DNA of 64,000 nucleotides from a candidate division WWE3 bacterium UBA1401 (GCA_002305115.1 DBQF01000001.1:309767-373766), one strand, 5' to 3'. Positions 45,749 through 55,190 are shown, counted from the first letter of the stretch. Made by a program: numbers and translations. Notes: a model not told the origin generated them from the letters alone.

Positions 45749-47287
45749 ATGGATATTACAAGCATTCTAAATGTCCTACTTTCGGTAGGTGTTGCTGCGG
45801 CGATTGCCTATTTTGTAGGAACAAAAGACAAGAAAAAAAGAGAGTCCACCCCGCAAGAGCCTCAAGTAGATGTCTCAAAAAATGAGGTAGTGCTAGAGGC
45901 AAAAACTACCGCCAAAGAAATTTTACTTGAAGCTAAAGACGCAGCACTAAGAGTAAAAAACGAGGCAGAAGAAACCGCCCGAAAGCTAGTACGTGCCGCT
46001 GAGGAGAAAGAAAAAAACTTAGCAATAGAAAAAGCAAAAATAGAAGAACGTGAGAAAGATATCGAAACAAAAGCCCGTTCCTTAAAACAAATCAAGGATG
46101 CGCTAGAAGAGAAACAACTCAAAATTGATGAATTGTATAAAGCGCAAAAAACTAAACTGGAAGATATATCCTCTTTAACAAAAGAAGAAGCTAGAAAGCT
46201 CCTAATGGAGCAGTTCGATAAAGATTTAGCTTCGGAAAAAGGCAGACGTATAAAAGAAATGGAAGAAAAGATTGCAAAAGATGTAGAGGATAAGTCTAGA
46301 GACATATTAATTGATGCCATGTCCCACGGTGTTACTGATTATGTAGTTGAATATACAACCTCTAGAGTAAAGTTGCCCGATGATGAAATGAAAGGCAGGA
46401 TTATTGGTAAAAGTGGTAGAAATATAACCTCTTTTGAGAAACTAACAGGTGTGGAGTTAGATTTAGATTCCAGTCCTGGTGAAATCATTATTTCTTCCTT
46501 TGATCCTGTGCGTAGAGAAGTTGCCAGAGCTTCTTTGGAAAGGCTTGTTGCCGATGGCAGAATCCAGCCTTCCCGTATTGAAGATATTGTGGCAGAAACA
46601 CAAAAAGAAATTGAACACTTGATTTTCAAAGAAGGTGACAACCTCTGTCACATCTTGGGTGTATACAATTTGCCAAAAGACGTAATTTATACTTTAGGCC
46701 GCTTTAAGTACAGGTTTTCATATGGTCAGAATATGATTAAGCATACTTTGGAAGTTACTAAGATTGGTATGGCCTTGGCTCATGAGCTTGGGGTTGATGT
46801 GGAGACTGTTAAGCTAGGGTGTTTGCTGCATGATATTGGTAAAGTGCTTAATGATGAAGAAGGTAGCCACATACAAGTGGGAGTGGACTTTCTTAAAAAG
46901 CATAAGCTATCTGATCAAATTGTGAATTGCGTGCTTGAACACCACGAAGATAGGCCTTTTAGTTCAATTGAAACCGCAATTGTTGCCTTGGCAGACCATA
47001 TTAGTGGTGCCAGGCCATCTGCCAGATCTGAAGACTATGAATCATACGTTAAGCGTATGAAAGATCTTGAAGATGCTGCTTTAAGCTTTGACGGTGTGGA
47101 GAATGTATATGCTATTTCAGCGGGAAGAGAAATAAGGGTATTTGTTAAACCTGAGGTAGTAGATGACGCTTCTACGGCTTTACTGGCTCGCGAGATTGCT
47201 CGCAAGATAGAACTTGAGCAAACATATCCTGGTGTTGTGAAGGTCACTGTGATTAGAGAAACCCGAGTTACAGAGACTGCCAAGTAA
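45749..47287 (+). CDS. rny: Ribonuclease Y
   Basis: N-terminal TM (ILNVLLSVGVAAAIAYFV), a long K/E coiled coil, a KH domain (GRIIGKSGRNI) and an HD domain (LLHDIGK..). The ATG at 45749 is preceded by GGAG. Confidence 0.93.
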   Translation: MDITSILNVLLSVGVAAAIAYFVGTKDKKKRESTPQEPQVDVSKNEVVLEAKTTAKEILLEAKDAALRVKNEAEETARKLVRAAEEKEKNLAIEKAKIEEREKDIETKARSLKQIKDALEEKQLKIDELYKAQKTKLEDISSLTKEEARKLLMEQFDKDLASEKGRRIKEMEEKIAKDVEDKSRDILIDAMSHGVTDYVVEYTTSRVKLPDDEMKGRIIGKSGRNITSFEKLTGVELDLDSSPGEIIISSFDPVRREVARASLERLVADGRIQPSRIEDIVAETQKEIEHLIFKEGDNLCHILGVYNLPKDVIYTLGRFKYRFSYGQNMIKHTLEVTKIGMALAHELGVDVETVKLGCLLHDIGKVLNDEEGSHIQVGVDFLKKHKLSDQIVNCVLEHHEDRPFSSIETAIVALADHISGARPSARSEDYESYVKRMKDLEDAALSFDGVENVYAISAGREIRVFVKPEVVDDASTALLAREIARKIELEQTYPGVVKVTVIRETRVTETAK

Positions 47288-47288
47288 C

Positions 47289-47495
47289 ATGTACTATGTT
47301 TTATTTTTAGTAATGATACTGATTGCTGCCACTTTGGTGTTTAAAGTGGTGCGCTCACTGCTTAGGGGATGTTTTGTTATAGTTACAGTATTTCTCCTGG
47401 GTGCTGTTGTGTGGATACTTTATGTATCAACAAAAAAACCCGTGACAATCCTGAATTATTATGTTATTGATAATTTCAGGATATCTAAACTATGA
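47289..47495 (+). CDS. Small membrane protein (68 aa, 2 TM)
   Basis: Hydrophobic ORF tightly packed between rny and the ymdB-like gene. Confidence 0.5.
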   Translation: MYYVLFLVMILIAATLVFKVVRSLLRGCFVIVTVFLLGAVVWILYVSTKKPVTILNYYVIDNFRISKL

Positions 47496-48265
47496 AAATA
47501 CTCTTTATCGGAGATATCGTAGCATCACCCGGGAGAAAAACTGTTCAAACAGTTCTTCCCAACCTAAAACATGAATTGAATATTGATTTGGTAGTAGCCA
47601 ATGCAGATAATCTTGCGCATGGTAGAGGGGCTACTGAAAGCACCCTTAAAGTTATGCAAGAGGCTGGTGTGGACTTTTTTACCGGTGGTGACCATTTGTT
47701 TTGGCACAAAGATTCGGAAGATGTGCTTGAGCAGCTGCCTGTAATTCGCCCGGCTAATTACCCCGAGGGTGTTGCTGGCACTGGACATAAGCTGCTAGAT
47801 CTTGGTGAACACGGCCAGGTGCTAGTTATCAGCCTTATGGGTAGAACTTTTTTGAATGAACGCCTCAATGATCCATTTACCACTGCGGATCAAATTCTAG
47901 AAATGTATGCCGACAAGGATATTGTTTTTAGTGTGGTTGATTTTCACGCTGAAGCCACCAGTGAGAAGTATGCTCTAGGGTTTTATTTGGATGGCAGAGT
48001 TGGTGCGTTGGTTGGTTCTCACACACATGTACCTACTTCTGATACTTTTGTTATGCCCAAGGGTACTATGTTTGTAAGTGATGTTGGTATGACAGGCATT
48101 ATTGATTCAGTATTAGGTGTTAAAAAAGAGATTATTTTGGATTTATACCTTACGGCGTTAAATCAACGGTTTGAATGGGAAGAAGCTGGTAGGAAAGTAT
48201 TTAGAAGTGTACTATTAGATACGCAACAAAAGGAAATAAGTAGAGTTGATTATTTTGATTTATGA
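47492..48265 (+). CDS. ymdB: YmdB-family metallophosphoesterase (2',3'-cyclic-nucleotide phosphodiesterase-like)
   Basis: MKILFIGDIV...GR......L........D.VVANADN.AHGRG and ..DFHAEATSEK.. resemble the TIGR00282/YmdB family. It lies downstream of rny, as in Bacillus. Confidence 0.88.
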   Translation: MKILFIGDIVASPGRKTVQTVLPNLKHELNIDLVVANADNLAHGRGATESTLKVMQEAGVDFFTGGDHLFWHKDSEDVLEQLPVIRPANYPEGVAGTGHKLLDLGEHGQVLVISLMGRTFLNERLNDPFTTADQILEMYADKDIVFSVVDFHAEATSEKYALGFYLDGRVGALVGSHTHVPTSDTFVMPKGTMFVSDVGMTGIIDSVLGVKKEIILDLYLTALNQRFEWEEAGRKVFRSVLLDTQQKEISRVDYFDL

Positions 48266-48306
48266 TTATTTGCCGCCAGGCGTGTTTTTGAAAGGGGGTG
48301 TTAAAA

Positions 48307-48579
48307 GTGACAAAACAAAGTTTAATTAGAGCTGTTGCCGATAAGGCAGGGTTAACAAATGTGGATGCACAGAAAGCAATCGATGCAGTTGCTGAAGTAG
48401 TATCTAGCGCACTTGGAAGAGGTGAAAAAGTTACCTGGACTGGCTTCGGTACATTCGAAGTTAGATCAAGAGCAGCCAGAATGGGGAGAAATCCTCAGAC
48501 CGGAGCTCCTTTACACATCCCTGCAACCAAGACACCTGCTTTCAAAGCTGGTAAGGGTCTGAAGGAATCCGTAAAGTAA
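48307..48579 (+). CDS. hup: HU-family DNA-binding protein
   Basis: ..GFGTFEVRSRAARMGRNPQTGAPLHIPATKTPAFKAGK.L is the HU signature. GTG at 48307 lies 8 nt after GGGGG (alternative GTG at 48298). Confidence 0.92.
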   Translation: MTKQSLIRAVADKAGLTNVDAQKAIDAVAEVVSSALGRGEKVTWTGFGTFEVRSRAARMGRNPQTGAPLHIPATKTPAFKAGKGLKESVK

Positions 48580-48606
48580 GGTTTTTCTTTTAAAACGCGC
48601 GCGTCG

Positions 48607-48668
48607 GAGAATATCGGCCGGTATTCTCTGTGGTGGGGGGTACAGCACTGTACCCCCCAAGCTTTTCT
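48607..48668 (+). terminator. Two consecutive hairpins after hup (GAGAATA..TATTCTC, and GGGGGGTACAG-CTGTACCCCCC followed by a T-rich stretch)
   Basis: Pairings checked by hand: 48607-48628 and 48635-48658. The ORF-track start at 48630 for the next gene would run through them. Confidence 0.6.
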
Positions 48669-48686
48669 GGTGCTACAATAAACTGC

Positions 48687-49820
48687 ATGAAGATTGGTAT
48701 CAATGGACAAAACTTACTAGATCAGAATCCTGCGGGGCCGGAGAAATATACTCATAGTATTATCAATGCTTTAGCAAAAGTAGATACCTGTAACAAATAC
48801 GTTATTTACTTTACGGGTGTTCCTCCTGCAGACTATTTTGCGCGTCTTACAAATAATAATGCTAATTTTGAATTTAGAGCTGTTACCAAGCAGCTTTCCT
48901 GGACTCACGTAAGCCTTGCTATGCAGTTAGCTAAGGATAAGCCAGACATTTATTTCACTCCTGTGCACACAATGCCTTTAGTTAGACCAGGAACTTTAAA
49001 AACAGTAGGTATGATTCATGGGCTTGAATATACCTATTCCAAGGAATATGGCAGCTTGCTAAAAAAGTTTCTGGTAGATAAACCTGTTAGGTTTGTTGCT
49101 ACCCATAGCGATGCATTAATTGTGCCTTCTGAATACACTAAAGCTGCTTTGCTGTCAAAACCTTGGCATATTAACGAAGCTAAGATTACTGTTGTACCTG
49201 AAGGAGTAGATGCTACTTTCTATAAAAGGCCGGATTCAGAAGTACTGGCCATAAGAAAGAAGTACAAGCTGGGCACGCAACCTTATTTGATTTTTGTATC
49301 TACCATACAGCCCAGGAAAAACCTTCCGGGGTTAATAGAAGGTTTTAGCAGGGCTCTTTCGGAGCTTGATCAGGCCATAAAGTTGGTAGTAGTTGGTAAA
49401 AAGGGGTGGCTAGTGGAAGAATCTCTAGAAGCCCCTAAAAAATTTGGTATTGGTGGGCGGATACTGTTTCTTGGGCGTGTGCCTGATGTTGATTTGCCAG
49501 TATTATTATCCGGAGCAGCTGTTTTTGTGAATACTTCGTTTGAAGAAGGTTTTGGCCTGCCGTTACTAGAAGCTATGGCCTGTGAAACTCCCTGCATGGT
49601 GTCTGATATTCCAAGTTTTAGGGCTGTTGGTGGTAACTTAGTAGGGTATGTTAACCCTTATGACGTAGCAGATATTGCCGGAGGAATTGTAGCCACTTTC
49701 AGGAATATCAATTCAGAAGTGCTTAGTGAAGCAATTGCCAAGGCCAAGTTGCGCTCACTGGAATTTAGTTGGGAAAAGTCGGCGCAACAGACGTTACAGG
49801 TGTTTCAGCAGTTTGCGTAG
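48687..49820 (+). CDS. Glycosyltransferase family 4
   Basis: MKIGINGQNL.. start at 48687. The C-terminal GT-B motif is ..SFEEGFGLPLLEAMACETPCMVSD. Confidence 0.88.
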   Translation: MKIGINGQNLLDQNPAGPEKYTHSIINALAKVDTCNKYVIYFTGVPPADYFARLTNNNANFEFRAVTKQLSWTHVSLAMQLAKDKPDIYFTPVHTMPLVRPGTLKTVGMIHGLEYTYSKEYGSLLKKFLVDKPVRFVATHSDALIVPSEYTKAALLSKPWHINEAKITVVPEGVDATFYKRPDSEVLAIRKKYKLGTQPYLIFVSTIQPRKNLPGLIEGFSRALSELDQAIKLVVVGKKGWLVEESLEAPKKFGIGGRILFLGRVPDVDLPVLLSGAAVFVNTSFEEGFGLPLLEAMACETPCMVSDIPSFRAVGGNLVGYVNPYDVADIAGGIVATFRNINSEVLSEAIAKAKLRSLEFSWEKSAQQTLQVFQQFA

Positions 49821-51024
49821 CCGAGGGGACTAAGCTGTTTATTGCTTCACTTTTTGTTTCACCATTTTCTTTATTATGTGTGATTAAGGGCTCTTTTACA
49901 GGAATAGTAATCCAGAAAGTAGAACCTTTGCCAATACCTTCAGAGATTACGCCAATACTTCCGCCCATTTTTTCGATTAAGTTTTTTGTAATATATAGTC
50001 CCAGACCTGTACCACCTGCCTCGGCTACTGTTCTATAGCTGTTATCAAGTCTTCCGAATTTCCTAAACAGCCTAGACAGGTCTTGTTTTTTGATACCCTT
50101 TCCGGTGTCTATAATTGATACTTTTACGTATCTATCTTTTAATTTTTGTGCACGGATTGTTATACCGCCTGTATCTGTGAATTTTATAGCATTACCAACC
50201 AGGTTGGTGATTATTTCCGTGAGTTTATTTTTATCTGTGAAAACCTGGATGTTCTTATCTATTTCTAAATGCAAATACAGGTTTTTCTCATCTGTTTTTA
50301 GTTTGAATTCTGTTCCCAGCTCAGTGAGTATTTCAGTGAGGTTAACCTTTTCTAGGTTATACTCAAGCCTGCCTTGTTCAATTTTGGAAATGTTAAGCAT
50401 GTCATTTACCAGAGCAATTAATCTTTCTGTGCCGCCCTCAGCTTTTTCAAGGTAATCACGTTGTTTGTCCGAAAGTTCCCCGGCTTTGTTGCTCATGAGC
50501 ATCCAAATGTAGCTTTTGATGATGGTCATGGGGGTTCTTAATTCGTGAGCGGCTACAGATAAAAAATCATCTTTTAGGTCATCAAGCATTTTCTCACTTG
50601 TTATATCTGTGATAGTTATTAAGCATTCCGGAGTGTCTACATCTTCACTTTCTAGTACGGCGGTTTTAATGTTTACATAGTAGTTTCTTTTACCTCTTAG
50701 GATAACTCCCTGGATAGCCTGGTTTGGTTTAGCAGGCACAAAGCATAGTTTTGAGAGTTTGATTGGTTTGTTATTCTCGGTGGTAAGTGTAAGTAACTTG
50801 TCAGCGTCTTTGCCAAGTACTTGGGCTTCGTCAAGCCCTAGCATGGTTTCAAGGGCACGGTTGGAGATTGTTATTTTGTTGTCTTTGTTGATGGCAAGTA
50901 TTGCTTCGGAAACAGAGTAGAGGAGTTGTTCTATTCTTCGGCCTTGTTTTAAAAGCTCAAGGTTTTTTTTGTATAGTTCTTTTGCGATATTCTGCGGGCT
51001 TTTTACAATAGTGTTTTCACTCAT
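49765..51024 (-). CDS. Sensor histidine kinase (coiled-coil/PAS-like N-terminus, HisKA, HATPase_c); no adjacent response regulator
   Basis: H-box AAHELRTPMT, N-box ..NLVGNAIKFT, G-boxes DTGKGI and GGTGLGL. The 3' end overlaps the convergent GT4 gene by 56 nt. Confidence 0.9.
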   Translation of the reverse strand: MSENTIVKSPQNIAKELYKKNLELLKQGRRIEQLLYSVSEAILAINKDNKITISNRALETMLGLDEAQVLGKDADKLLTLTTENNKPIKLSKLCFVPAKPNQAIQGVILRGKRNYYVNIKTAVLESEDVDTPECLITITDITSEKMLDDLKDDFLSVAAHELRTPMTIIKSYIWMLMSNKAGELSDKQRDYLEKAEGGTERLIALVNDMLNISKIEQGRLEYNLEKVNLTEILTELGTEFKLKTDEKNLYLHLEIDKNIQVFTDKNKLTEIITNLVGNAIKFTDTGGITIRAQKLKDRYVKVSIIDTGKGIKKQDLSRLFRKFGRLDNSYRTVAEAGGTGLGLYITKNLIEKMGGSIGVISEGIGKGSTFWITIPVKEPLITHNKENGETKSEAINSLVPSATQTAETPVTSVAPTFPN

Positions 51025-51136
51025 GACAGTTTTTGGTGAAGTTTGTATGGGTTAAGTATACAGTATTTAAACGGTGTTTCATTACTTTATTGTAATTTAT
51101 CCTTATGGTTATAAGGTGCTATAATAGCAATAGCAC

Positions 51137-51652
51137 ATGAAGCAACTTCGCGGCAAAGTTGTTAAGAAATACTTTAAGAAATTTCCCAAGCGTTCCCAGG
51201 AGATAATTCTAATTCTGGAAAATATACAATATGCTAAGAATGTTGCTAATATATTTAGGACAGCGGAATCTGCTGGAGTAGACAGGATTTATCTTACAGG
51301 TATATCACACATCCCCCCATTTGGTAAAGGTTTAAAAAAAGTTTCCAGAGGTTCTGAGAATAAATTACGGTATGAATATGCCGAAAAGACTTTGGATATT
51401 CTGCCCAAACTAAGATCAGAGGGCTATCATATTATTGCTATTGCACTTACAGATAAAAACATACTAATAAGTGATTTGAAAGCTCATCTTAAGGATGTAT
51501 CAAAGATTTGCTTTGTTGCAGGTAACGAAGATTCGGGGGTTAATAAAACTACTCTGGAAAAGTGTGATATTGCTGTAACAATACCTATGTATGGCAAGAA
51601 CCCTAGTTTGAATGTGAATGTTAGTGTGGGTATTGTTTTGTTTAGTTTTTGA
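51137..51652 (+). CDS. SpoU/TrmH-family RNA 2'-O-methyltransferase
   Basis: ..NVANIFRTAESAGVDRIYL.. and ..VAGNEDSGV......C.....IPM.G...SLNV.V..GIVLF are the SPOUT motifs. Confidence 0.85.
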   Translation: MKQLRGKVVKKYFKKFPKRSQEIILILENIQYAKNVANIFRTAESAGVDRIYLTGISHIPPFGKGLKKVSRGSENKLRYEYAEKTLDILPKLRSEGYHIIAIALTDKNILISDLKAHLKDVSKICFVAGNEDSGVNKTTLEKCDIAVTIPMYGKNPSLNVNVSVGIVLFSF

Positions 51653-51786
51653 AACCAAATTTTTCTTTCTCTGGCCATATTCTTGTGTCATTTTTATCTT
51701 GAATAATCATTGTGATTAGGGTTGCTGGTACGAAGTTTGTGCGGGTTTAGGGTACAGTATTGTGCTTATAGGACTACATTCTGTTA

Positions 51787-52935
51787 TTATAATAGTTCGC
51801 CGTCTTTTATGAAATATGATTTTGGAATTGGTATACCGTTGAATGCTGATGCATATTCTAAAGTATATGCACCTGTGTTAAGAAAATATAGTTTGTCCCC
51901 TCTACTAAGTTTGGGTAATGTGGCATTCCTTTTTATAATATCCATTCCATCGCAGGTTAGCCCAGCTATCTGGTATACTATATTTTTTTCCGTAACCTCC
52001 GTTTCATCAGTTACGACTGGATAATCTAGCGACGAACTCTTAAATTCCAATAATTCTAGAAAAGCCCCAAATACTGAGGTATCTACAAATAACCATTTTA
52101 CGTACTTCAGCTCTCTTACTCCTATTATGGATGTGGCAGTTAGCGCAATACTTCCTGCTAAATATCTACCTGGTTCTAAAATTATTTTGGGCACTCTTTT
52201 GAAGTTGCCATCAATGTTCTTCCGAATAGTATTTACAATGTCTTTTGGCTGGATTATTTTTTCCGAATATTCAATTGGAATGCCCCCACCTACGTTAATT
52301 GTGTCTAGCGTTGGAAATGTGGCAAACAGATATGCAGTTTTAGCAATACCTTCTTTCCAGTTATCTAAGTTGTTACATTGAGAACCTACTGTAAAAGTTA
52401 TCCCAAATGGATTTAATCCTGCCTCAATAGCCATACTCAGAAGCGTTTCTGCTTCGTCAAGAGGTATTCCAGTTTTTGTGTTCAGTCTTTGACCGCTCCC
52501 GTGGTTGCTAGTGTGCACTCGAAGATAAACATTGCTCCCAGGTGCGTACGTACTTAGCTTGTCTATTTCGTCTTTGCAATCAAATGCGAATCTATCTATG
52601 CCTTTTTTATAGAAATACTTTATGTCCTCAATCTTTTTTACAGGAGAACTGTTTATGATCTTATTTGTAGAAGCTCCGGTTTTGAGTACTTGATCTAGTT
52701 CAACACGTGAATTGACTTCAAATCCTGCTCCTAGTTCATTAAGAATTTCCAGAATGGGTGTGTTTCTATTAGCTTTTACTGCATAGTGTATATACACATC
52801 TTCCCACAGAGATGATAGTTGCTGGTAATTTTGTTTCAGTTTGTCAAGGTCGTATAGTATAAAAGGTGTTTTTGCTCTACTAAGTTTTTCTTCTGTAGTT
52901 TTATTAAGCTTTGCCCATGATTTTATATATCTCAT
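51787..52935 (-). CDS. PLP-dependent decarboxylase, Orn/DAP/Arg decarboxylase (alanine racemase-fold) family
   Basis: PLP-lysine context YAVKAN, ..GGGIPIEY.., EPGRYL and an active-site Cys context GLTCDGMD. The substrate cannot be assigned from the sequence alone. Confidence 0.85.
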   Translation of the reverse strand: MRYIKSWAKLNKTTEEKLSRAKTPFILYDLDKLKQNYQQLSSLWEDVYIHYAVKANRNTPILEILNELGAGFEVNSRVELDQVLKTGASTNKIINSSPVKKIEDIKYFYKKGIDRFAFDCKDEIDKLSTYAPGSNVYLRVHTSNHGSGQRLNTKTGIPLDEAETLLSMAIEAGLNPFGITFTVGSQCNNLDNWKEGIAKTAYLFATFPTLDTINVGGGIPIEYSEKIIQPKDIVNTIRKNIDGNFKRVPKIILEPGRYLAGSIALTATSIIGVRELKYVKWLFVDTSVFGAFLELLEFKSSSLDYPVVTDETEVTEKNIVYQIAGLTCDGMDIIKRNATLPKLSRGDKLYFLNTGAYTLEYASAFNGIPIPKSYFIKDGELL

Positions 52936-53846
52936 AATATTTTGCTATTTATAATATATTTTCTTAAATAATCAACAGGTTGCCAGGATTCTTTTGTTTT
53001 TCTTAGACCGGGCAGACCCAGATCCTGCTCATAGTTAAGAAGCTTATAGCCCATATTATACAGTATTTTTGCCGTTATGTATTCTAGGTATGTAAATATA
53101 CCTTTGTAGCTAAAGTCGGCTTTACCAAACCCCCCTATTATCCATTCGTCATTGAATGGTTGGTTAGTAGTCATTCCAATCATTTTGGATTTATCATAAA
53201 TTGCAATACAAATAATGTTTTCATACAGGTGTGCTGATTGCATGAATCTTTTTATTGCTTCTAGTTCATCAAACTCAGCGTCTACTTCTGTGGTTTCTGC
53301 TGTCTCTTCGTCTTTCAGCTCTTTCCACTTTATAAATAATTCTCCAATTTCTTTATGGATTCTTCTATCTGTGAAATCTACAGTTTTTACCTCATGCTGG
53401 GGGTACATTTCTAAAAATTTTCTTACCCTAGCTCTTTTAGACTTGAACTTTCTGCCTCTTAACTTTACTGTTCTTTCAAAAGAAAGCACGTAATCTTTAT
53501 TATTTTTGTCTTCCTGAACTATAAATCGCGAATCTTCTAATAAATCAGTGGATATGCTTTCTTCAGGTACCATTGTTAGTTCTGGATAATGGTCAAGAAG
53601 TATCGCCACAGTATCCACTATTTGGTTATCACCCATGTAGCTAATTAATTCATTGTCACTAGTGAAGTCTTTCATTTTGATTACTAGATTGTTGTTAAGA
53701 ATACTATATGCAGTTGGATTTTTGGGGGAACTCCAGTTGTAGATATTTGCAAAGTTGAAGTCGCAGTAGGGTTTGAACTTCTTGGTTATTTGTTCGATAG
53801 TATTTTTATCCTCAAGTTCCACTGACTTGAATTCAGGGAATATCAT
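52932..53846 (-). CDS. DUF2156 / LPG_synthase_C-like protein (aminoacyl-tRNA-dependent transferase fold, stand-alone)
   Basis: N-terminus FKSVELEDKNTIEQITKKF.PYCDFNFANIYNW.. and mid-region ..LRGRKFKSKRARVRKFLEMYP.HEV.. follow the DUF2156 pattern as I remember it (F.pl.leD......y......sdy.F.nlf.W ; l.G+k.+.kRn.in+F). This is recall-based, not a computed match. Confidence 0.6.
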   Translation of the reverse strand: MIFPEFKSVELEDKNTIEQITKKFKPYCDFNFANIYNWSSPKNPTAYSILNNNLVIKMKDFTSDNELISYMGDNQIVDTVAILLDHYPELTMVPEESISTDLLEDSRFIVQEDKNNKDYVLSFERTVKLRGRKFKSKRARVRKFLEMYPQHEVKTVDFTDRRIHKEIGELFIKWKELKDEETAETTEVDAEFDELEAIKRFMQSAHLYENIICIAIYDKSKMIGMTTNQPFNDEWIIGGFGKADFSYKGIFTYLEYITAKILYNMGYKLLNYEQDLGLPGLRKTKESWQPVDYLRKYIINSKIL

Positions 53847-53915
53847 CTATTAATCCAAAAAAAATACTGATCACGATTCTAACATATAAAAAACTATTGC
53901 CAAAGTTTATGAGAT

Positions 53916-54803
53916 ATGTATACTTTATTTATGGAACCTTACTTTGAGGACTTACTAAAAAGATCAAGAGTGTTGGTTACATTACTGACTATAGTTTTTA
54001 CTTTTTACGCATTGAGCTGGATTTACCTTAATTTGTTTGTTCCTCACGATAGCGCTCTGAATGATTACTTTACAGATACTTACGGTGTTGTTGCTTGTGT
54101 TGGCGGATTTCTAGGTTTTACTGTTGCCAGGTTATGGGGGGCCCTTAAGAGTATAGTTGGAAGATCCTTATCCTTTTTGTCCTTGGGCTTATTATTCCAG
54201 TTTTTAGGCCAGCTTAGTTACGCTATTTACTACTATGTCTATAACGTGGAAAACCCCTATCCCTCTTTTGGAGAGGTTTTCTATTTTGGCAGTATTCCTA
54301 TATATATTTGTGGTGTTTGGCTTTTAGCTAGGGCTTTGGGTGTCGGCCGTTCCCTACGAACTTCTAGAAGCAAATATGCCCTATTTTTGATCCCACTTAT
54401 TATGCTGTTCATTTCTTATCAGCTTTTTTTGAAGGATTATGAAGTAGATTCAACTTCTCCAGTAACAACTTTTCTTGATTATGGTTATCCATTTGGGCAG
54501 GCAATATTTATATCACTTACAATTGTAGCTTTTATATTTTCCAAAAAGGCTTTAGGAGGAATCTTACGTAAGAGTGTTATGTTCGTGTTTATGGCATTAG
54601 TGTTCCAGTACTTTGCTGATACCATATTTCTATATGAAACTCTAACAGATACTTGGCGACCAGGTGGGCTTGATGATCTATTATTTGTTACGTCTTACTT
54701 CAGTATGGCTTTTGCACTAAGTACATTCGCTAGTTCTTACAAAAAGCTTACTGTTTCACGTGTTAAAGTAGCTCAGGTAGAAGCTATTTCTACAACTGTT
54801 TAG
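53916..54803 (+). CDS. Polytopic membrane protein (~7-8 TM), unknown family
   Basis: Long hydrophobic ORF divergent from the DUF2156 operon. Confidence 0.65.
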   Translation: MYTLFMEPYFEDLLKRSRVLVTLLTIVFTFYALSWIYLNLFVPHDSALNDYFTDTYGVVACVGGFLGFTVARLWGALKSIVGRSLSFLSLGLLFQFLGQLSYAIYYYVYNVENPYPSFGEVFYFGSIPIYICGVWLLARALGVGRSLRTSRSKYALFLIPLIMLFISYQLFLKDYEVDSTSPVTTFLDYGYPFGQAIFISLTIVAFIFSKKALGGILRKSVMFVFMALVFQYFADTIFLYETLTDTWRPGGLDDLLFVTSYFSMAFALSTFASSYKKLTVSRVKVAQVEAISTTV

Positions 54804-54819
54804 TTTTTAATCGATTGAT

Positions 54820-55134
54820 ATGGACGATCTAGTAAAAGCAATAATAAAAGAGCAGGGTCAAATTATAGGATTGGATCTAGCCATTAGGCTTGCGAAACTG
54901 TCTGGCAATATTTCATTTTCTTCAGATAGTGTTGAAAGCCTTAAACTGCAGGGTGACCCTCGTGCTGTTCTTGATTCTTTGCTAAGGTCTTATTCAGATG
55001 TTTTTGGCCAAACATCAATTAACGTTTGTATAGATGTTATTCAGAGATTTCCCAAGCAAGAAGTTATGTCTGTAGTTCCGGACTATGTGAAAAATAAGTT
55101 GTCAGCTATGGTTGCTAATACCCCTAATAATTAA
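54820..55134 (+). CDS. Hypothetical soluble protein (104 aa)
   Basis: ORF 16 nt downstream of the membrane protein. No family recognised. Confidence 0.5.
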   Translation: MDDLVKAIIKEQGQIIGLDLAIRLAKLSGNISFSSDSVESLKLQGDPRAVLDSLLRSYSDVFGQTSINVCIDVIQRFPKQEVMSVVPDYVKNKLSAMVANTPNN

Positions 55135-55190
55135 CCTTTAAAAGTTTTTCTCTGGCAGTATAATGAAAGATACCTTATAATTTCTACATA

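Noticed and set aside
48630-48686. Upstream extension of the GT4 gene (MVGGTALYPPSFSGATINC).
   Set aside because: It is encoded by the hup terminator hairpins. MKIGINGQ.. at 48687 is a typical GT4 N-terminus.
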